This document shows, piece after piece, positions 60,527 to 64,000 of a stretch of DNA of 64,000 nt (position 1 is the first letter of the stretch; every line of letters starts with the position of its first letter). The notes beneath the pieces were generated by a model. It did not search any database. It saw nothing but the letters and a program-made list of their open reading frames with translations, and had not been told where the DNA came from. A program made the position numbers and the translations under genes. Source of the DNA: Anaerolineae bacterium (lineage in GTDB: Bacteria; Chloroflexota; Anaerolineae; Aggregatilineales; J027); the NCBI GenBank assembly GCA_021463865.1, contig JAJTXY010000018.1, forward strand, positions 1,971 to 65,970. Direction: 5' to 3'.

Positions 60527-61677
60527 CACTCTATTTGGATGTCTCGGCGGGGGTGAATGTTTCATCGGGCTTGGGGCGCTACAGCCGATCCTTAAGCTAT
60601 GCCCTGATTCCCCATCTCGCAAAGCCCCCGGCCCTGTTTTACAACTTTATTGAGGGCCGCACCAAACCCATCGAAGGCTTACGAGAATTGCCTGCTACAC
60701 GGGTGAAACTGGGCTACAAAGCATGGCGTATGGCGGTCTGGATGGGTCAGCTTACTGGACGCGATTTTCGGCGGCTGACCCCCAGTGTCACCGTATTTCA
60801 TGCAATGGAGCATCTGCTGATGCCACTCAACCGCCAACCCAAAGTACCCACCGTGATGACCGTGCATGATCTGATTTTTGAATTGTTCCCCGAACATCAC
60901 AAAAGACTCAACCATCTTTTTTTAACCCGCGCCATGCCGCTGTTTGTCAAACGCGCCGACGCGATTATCACCGTTTCCGAAGCCAGCAAACGTGATTTGA
61001 TCGAACACTATGGCACACCCGCCGAAAAAATTACAGTGGTCTATGAAGCCGCCGATGCCCATTTTCAGCCACCCACTCCCGAAAAAATGGCTGAGGTACG
61101 AGCGAAATATCATCTCCCAGAACAATTTTTGTTGGTGGTTGGAGCCATCGAGCCGCGCAAAAATTACAGCCGCTTGGTCGAGGCGTTGATGATTTTGCGG
61201 CAAAAACATCCTGACTTGAAATTGGTCGTCGTCGGCAGCAAGGGCTGGTTATATGAACCGTTCTTCCAGCGAATAGAAGATTTGCGAGCGGGGGAACACG
61301 TCATTTTCCCCGGCTATGTGCCCGATGATGACCTGCCTACTGTCTACAGTGCAGCGACGATTACCGTGATGGCCTCCATCTATGAAGGTTTTGGCTTGCC
61401 GATTTTGGAAGCAATGGCATGTGGGTCGCCTGTGGTATGCAGCCAATCCTCCAGTTTGCCAGAATTGGGTGGCGAGGTCGCTCATTATTTTGACCCCCTC
61501 AGCCTAGATTCAATGGTCGCGGGACTAGACACCATATTAAATGACGGGGCGCTCCAACAAAAAATGCGAGTTGCAGGGCCAAACCAAGCGGTGAAATTTT
61601 CATGGGAACGGGCCGCCAAAGAGACCATTAGTCTATATGAACAAATCTCCGGTCAGCGTTTGAGCAAAATCCCCTAA
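60523..61677 (+). CDS. GT-B glycosyltransferase, family 4
   Basis: 384 aa with 'EGFGLPILEAM'. It is a paralogue of 57269..58372. Confidence 0.85.
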   Translation: MTLYLDVSAGVNVSSGLGRYSRSLSYALIPHLAKPPALFYNFIEGRTKPIEGLRELPATRVKLGYKAWRMAVWMGQLTGRDFRRLTPSVTVFHAMEHLLMPLNRQPKVPTVMTVHDLIFELFPEHHKRLNHLFLTRAMPLFVKRADAIITVSEASKRDLIEHYGTPAEKITVVYEAADAHFQPPTPEKMAEVRAKYHLPEQFLLVVGAIEPRKNYSRLVEALMILRQKHPDLKLVVVGSKGWLYEPFFQRIEDLRAGEHVIFPGYVPDDDLPTVYSAATITVMASIYEGFGLPILEAMACGSPVVCSQSSSLPELGGEVAHYFDPLSLDSMVAGLDTILNDGALQQKMRVAGPNQAVKFSWERAAKETISLYEQISGQRLSKIP

Positions 61678-61764
61678 ATTTTAAGGGGTGCGGTAGAAAC
61701 ATCGGCCAAGCAACAGACGTATAATAAGAAATAAGACTCTATTCGCTAAGGAGAAGTTAATCCT

Positions 61765-62619
61765 CTGCAACGGATTTCAAGGGGCATTGATCTTGTTAAA
61801 GCAAGTTTCGGCGTGCTGCGGGCCGATAAGGAATTACTGATTTTTCCCATCATTTCCGGTACCGCGCTGTTCTTGGTCAGCATTGGCTTTATGATTCCCA
61901 TGTTTTTAGCGGGGGCATTAGAGAGCGAGGGCATGGGGCCAGTAACCTATCTTGTACTATTCTTCTACTACTTGATCGTCTATACCATCGGCCTTTTCTC
62001 TAGCACCGCCATTGTTGGCGCAGCGATGATGCGGCTCAAGGGGCAAGACCCAACGGTGCAAGACGGTATCAACATTGCGAAGAGCCACTTTGCCGATATT
62101 TTAGGTTACGCCGCCATTTCTGCAATTGTGGGGATGATTTTGCGGGCCATTGAAGAACGTTCGGGACTTATCGGCGACATTGTGGTAGGCATTATTGGCG
62201 CGGTGTGGAGCGTTGCCACCTTCTTGGTTGTGCCCGTCATGATTGTAGAAGGTTTGGGGCCAATCGAAGCGATTAAGCGCAGCGCTAGCCTGCTCAAACA
62301 GACGTGGGGTGAACAGATCGTTGGAAATATCAGCATCGGAATTGTGTTTATGTTGTTGTTTTTGGCGGTACTGCTCCCTGGTATCTTTTTAGTGGTAATT
62401 GCTGCCAGTATCTCTGTCGTCCTAGCCATCTTGGTCGGGATTGTACTGGCGGTGGCAATTGCGGCGCTGGTTGCCATGCAGTCGGCTATCGGTGGCATTT
62501 TTACAGCGGCAGTCTATCTCTATGCGACGGATACCGTACCCAGCAACCCCTATTTCAGCCAAGATATGCTGCAAAGTGCATTTGTACCAAAGACCGGGAA
62601 ACGCACTTTGGGCATCTAA
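61765..62619 (+). CDS. polytopic membrane protein (DUF6159-like), probable non-canonical start
   Basis: The ORF track starts at GTG 61813. However, the in-frame upstream peptide 'LQRISRGIDLVKASFGVLRADKELLIFP' looks coding, and AAGGAG (61748-61753) precedes an in-frame CTG (61765) and ATT (61774). Confidence 0.5.
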   Translation: MQRISRGIDLVKASFGVLRADKELLIFPIISGTALFLVSIGFMIPMFLAGALESEGMGPVTYLVLFFYYLIVYTIGLFSSTAIVGAAMMRLKGQDPTVQDGINIAKSHFADILGYAAISAIVGMILRAIEERSGLIGDIVVGIIGAVWSVATFLVVPVMIVEGLGPIEAIKRSASLLKQTWGEQIVGNISIGIVFMLLFLAVLLPGIFLVVIAASISVVLAILVGIVLAVAIAALVAMQSAIGGIFTAAVYLYATDTVPSNPYFSQDMLQSAFVPKTGKRTLGI

Positions 62620-62635
62620 AATTCAAAGCACCCAT

Positions 62636-62671
62636 AAAAAGAGGCCGGGGGAATTCCCTCAGCCTCTTTTT
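62636..62671. terminator. bidirectional rho-independent terminator between convergent genes
   Basis: AAAAA-GAGGCCGGGGG-aatt-CCCTCAGCCTC-TTTTT. The strong GC hairpin is flanked by an A-tract and a T-tract. Confidence 0.75.
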
Positions 62672-62677
62672 CATGTC

Positions 62678-62950
62678 TCACTCCTCAATTTCGCCCGCCT
62701 CAAGGAATTCGCCTTGTGCTTGGGCAATGTATTGCCCATATAGCACCAAATCTGACCACAAAACGGCATTGCGCGTGTGCAGTTCATAATAGCCACTGTT
62801 GCGGCTGGTACGGACATGGTGAGCCATATTTTTGGACTCCAACGATGCGTACAGCGTGTTAAACAACTGCACGTCGGTTACACGAATAAAATACGATTTC
62901 TGCCCCTGAATACTCACGTCACACACCTCCAGTTCCAGTACAATCTCCAA
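62678..62950 (-). CDS. small hypothetical protein
   Basis: 90-aa ORF with a TTG start in the track. The real start may be GTG at 62917, 8 nt after GGAGG, because the predicted -10 abuts the TTG. Confidence 0.45.
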   Translation of the reverse strand: MEIVLELEVCDVSIQGQKSYFIRVTDVQLFNTLYASLESKNMAHHVRTSRNSGYYELHTRNAVLWSDLVLYGQYIAQAQGEFLEAGEIEE

Positions 62951-62985
62951 ATTGTATTGAAATTGTCAACGACCTGTCAATACAA
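62951..62985 (-). promoter_or_regulatory. promoter enclosed by a 9-bp perfect palindrome (candidate operator)
   Basis: Minus strand reads TTGACA (62980-62975), 18 nt, TACAAT (62956-62951). TTGTATTGA (62952-62960) and TCAATACAA (62977-62985) form an inverted repeat bracketing it. Confidence 0.4.
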
Positions 62986-63146
62986 ACGGGGGGTTTTTTA
63001 ACACTTTTCAAACCAAAGCAGCGGGTACTAATTATCAGGGTAGGATAATCATCGAAAAATACAATGAGGCGGTTGTACTATGCAAAAATCGAGGCGTGCT
63101 ATAATTCGCTTGTGCGATAGCGTCTAAAAATAAGAGGATGACCCCA

Positions 63147-64000
63147 ATGAAGCGATTTTGGCCGCTTGTATTGACCGGATTTATTTTATTGGCGCTCATT
63201 TTGCCAATCCTGCTTTCTACTCAAGCCCCAATGAAGCGGGTCATGGCGCAAGATGGGGCCCAGCCACCCTATAGCACAACCGCTTTTCCGCGTGCGATGG
63301 CCTTTGATGGTCAATGGGTCTGGATTGCAAATTGGGCCGATAACTCCATCACTCGTTTGAATGCGGCGGACGGGGCGTATATTGATACCATCGCAGGCCC
63401 ACTCACCGTCGGCAATCAGCCTGTGTCACTGGCATGGGATGGCACGCATATGTGGGTGGCGAATTATCAAGACAACACAGTCTATCGGCTGCCCCGTATT
63501 GGTGAAAATGGTGGCGTCCCTGAATCCAATGCCCAATTTAGCGCAGGACAAGGTATCCAGAAGCCAATCGCGCTGTTCTACGATGGCTCCGCCCATATCT
63601 GGGTGGTCAATCAGCATGATGGCAAACGGAATGGCACGGTCACAAAAATTGTGGCGGATACCCTTGAAATTCTAGGCACCTACGACGTAGGCCGCTTCCC
63701 GACTGCCATCACATGGGACGGCATTAACGTGTGGGTTGCCAACGGCCTTGATGACAGTTTAACGGTACTCGACGGGGCGACTGGGGATGAAGTCGGTGTG
63801 GTCAGCATTATAGACGACCCTGCCAAACTGCATTTCCCCATTTCGCTGGCCTTTGATGGGCGTTTTGTGTGGGTATCGGGTTATGACCGCAGTGTCAAAA
63901 TTATCCGCAACAATTCATTGGATGTTTATGATTCTGAAGAATTGGAAGTGGCGGATATGCAGGTACAAGATGAACTGCCCAATCGTCCCATCTACTTATA
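63147..64000 (+). CDS. secreted beta-propeller-type repeat protein (NHL/YVTN-like), 3' end outside the window
   Basis: Not in the ORF track because it has no stop. I translated it by hand from ATG 63147 and it stays open to the window edge. Signal 'MKRFWPLVLTGFILLALILPILL'. It has about 5 repeats of the pattern 'P.a.afDG..vWVaN..dnsv..l'. Confidence 0.7.
   Translation, partial: MKRFWPLVLTGFILLALILPILLSTQAPMKRVMAQDGAQPPYSTTAFPRAMAFDGQWVWIANWADNSITRLNAADGAYIDTIAGPLTVGNQPVSLAWDGTHMWVANYQDNTVYRLPRIGENGGVPESNAQFSAGQGIQKPIALFYDGSAHIWVVNQHDGKRNGTVTKIVADTLEILGTYDVGRFPTAITWDGINVWVANGLDDSLTVLDGATGDEVGVVSIIDDPAKLHFPISLAFDGRFVWVSGYDRSVKIIRNNSLDVYDSEELEVADMQVQDELPNRPIYL

Overview
This is a dense 64-kb chromosomal window, mostly minus-strand operons, of moderate-to-high GC. 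It looks like an anaerobic, possibly Chloroflexota-like bacterium, but that taxon is a low-confidence inference. Main content follows. (i) A ~15-kb Wood-Ljungdahl carbonyl-branch operon (19472 to 4755, minus strand) runs: small HMA-like protein, acsA/cooS, acsB, CBS-pair protein, acsD, acsC, RACo-type corrinoid activator, acsE, fused metV-metF, two cooC/acsF ATPases, ald. A catalytic-domain-only (core-MetE-like) methionine synthase sits directly upstream. (ii) An ~11-kb SorC-regulated sugar operon (41483 to 30439, minus strand) encodes DUF2291, an ABC ATPase, a permease, an internally duplicated two-module binding protein, RbsD/FucU, a split transketolase, an FGGY kinase and a TIM-barrel isomerase. 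(iii) Housekeeping genes include metG (behind a leader with three consecutive Met codons and an intrinsic terminator), gatB, an aminotransferase, prfA-prmC, yifB/comM and a ybaK-like gene. (iv) An envelope glycosylation block holds GT39, two GT4 genes and a TagA-family gene, with a nucleotidyltransferase-HIT pair embedded by overlapping stop/start codons. (v) Singletons of interest are a membrane-anchored TIR-domain protein with an AT-rich C-terminal ectodomain, an SOS-box promoter, a decayed DNA methyltransferase, and a hairpin-rich in-frame insert in the GT39 gene. I recognised no rRNA, tRNA, CRISPR array, transposase or integrase. All calls come from reading the sequence and ORF translations against remembered family motifs; no searches were run.
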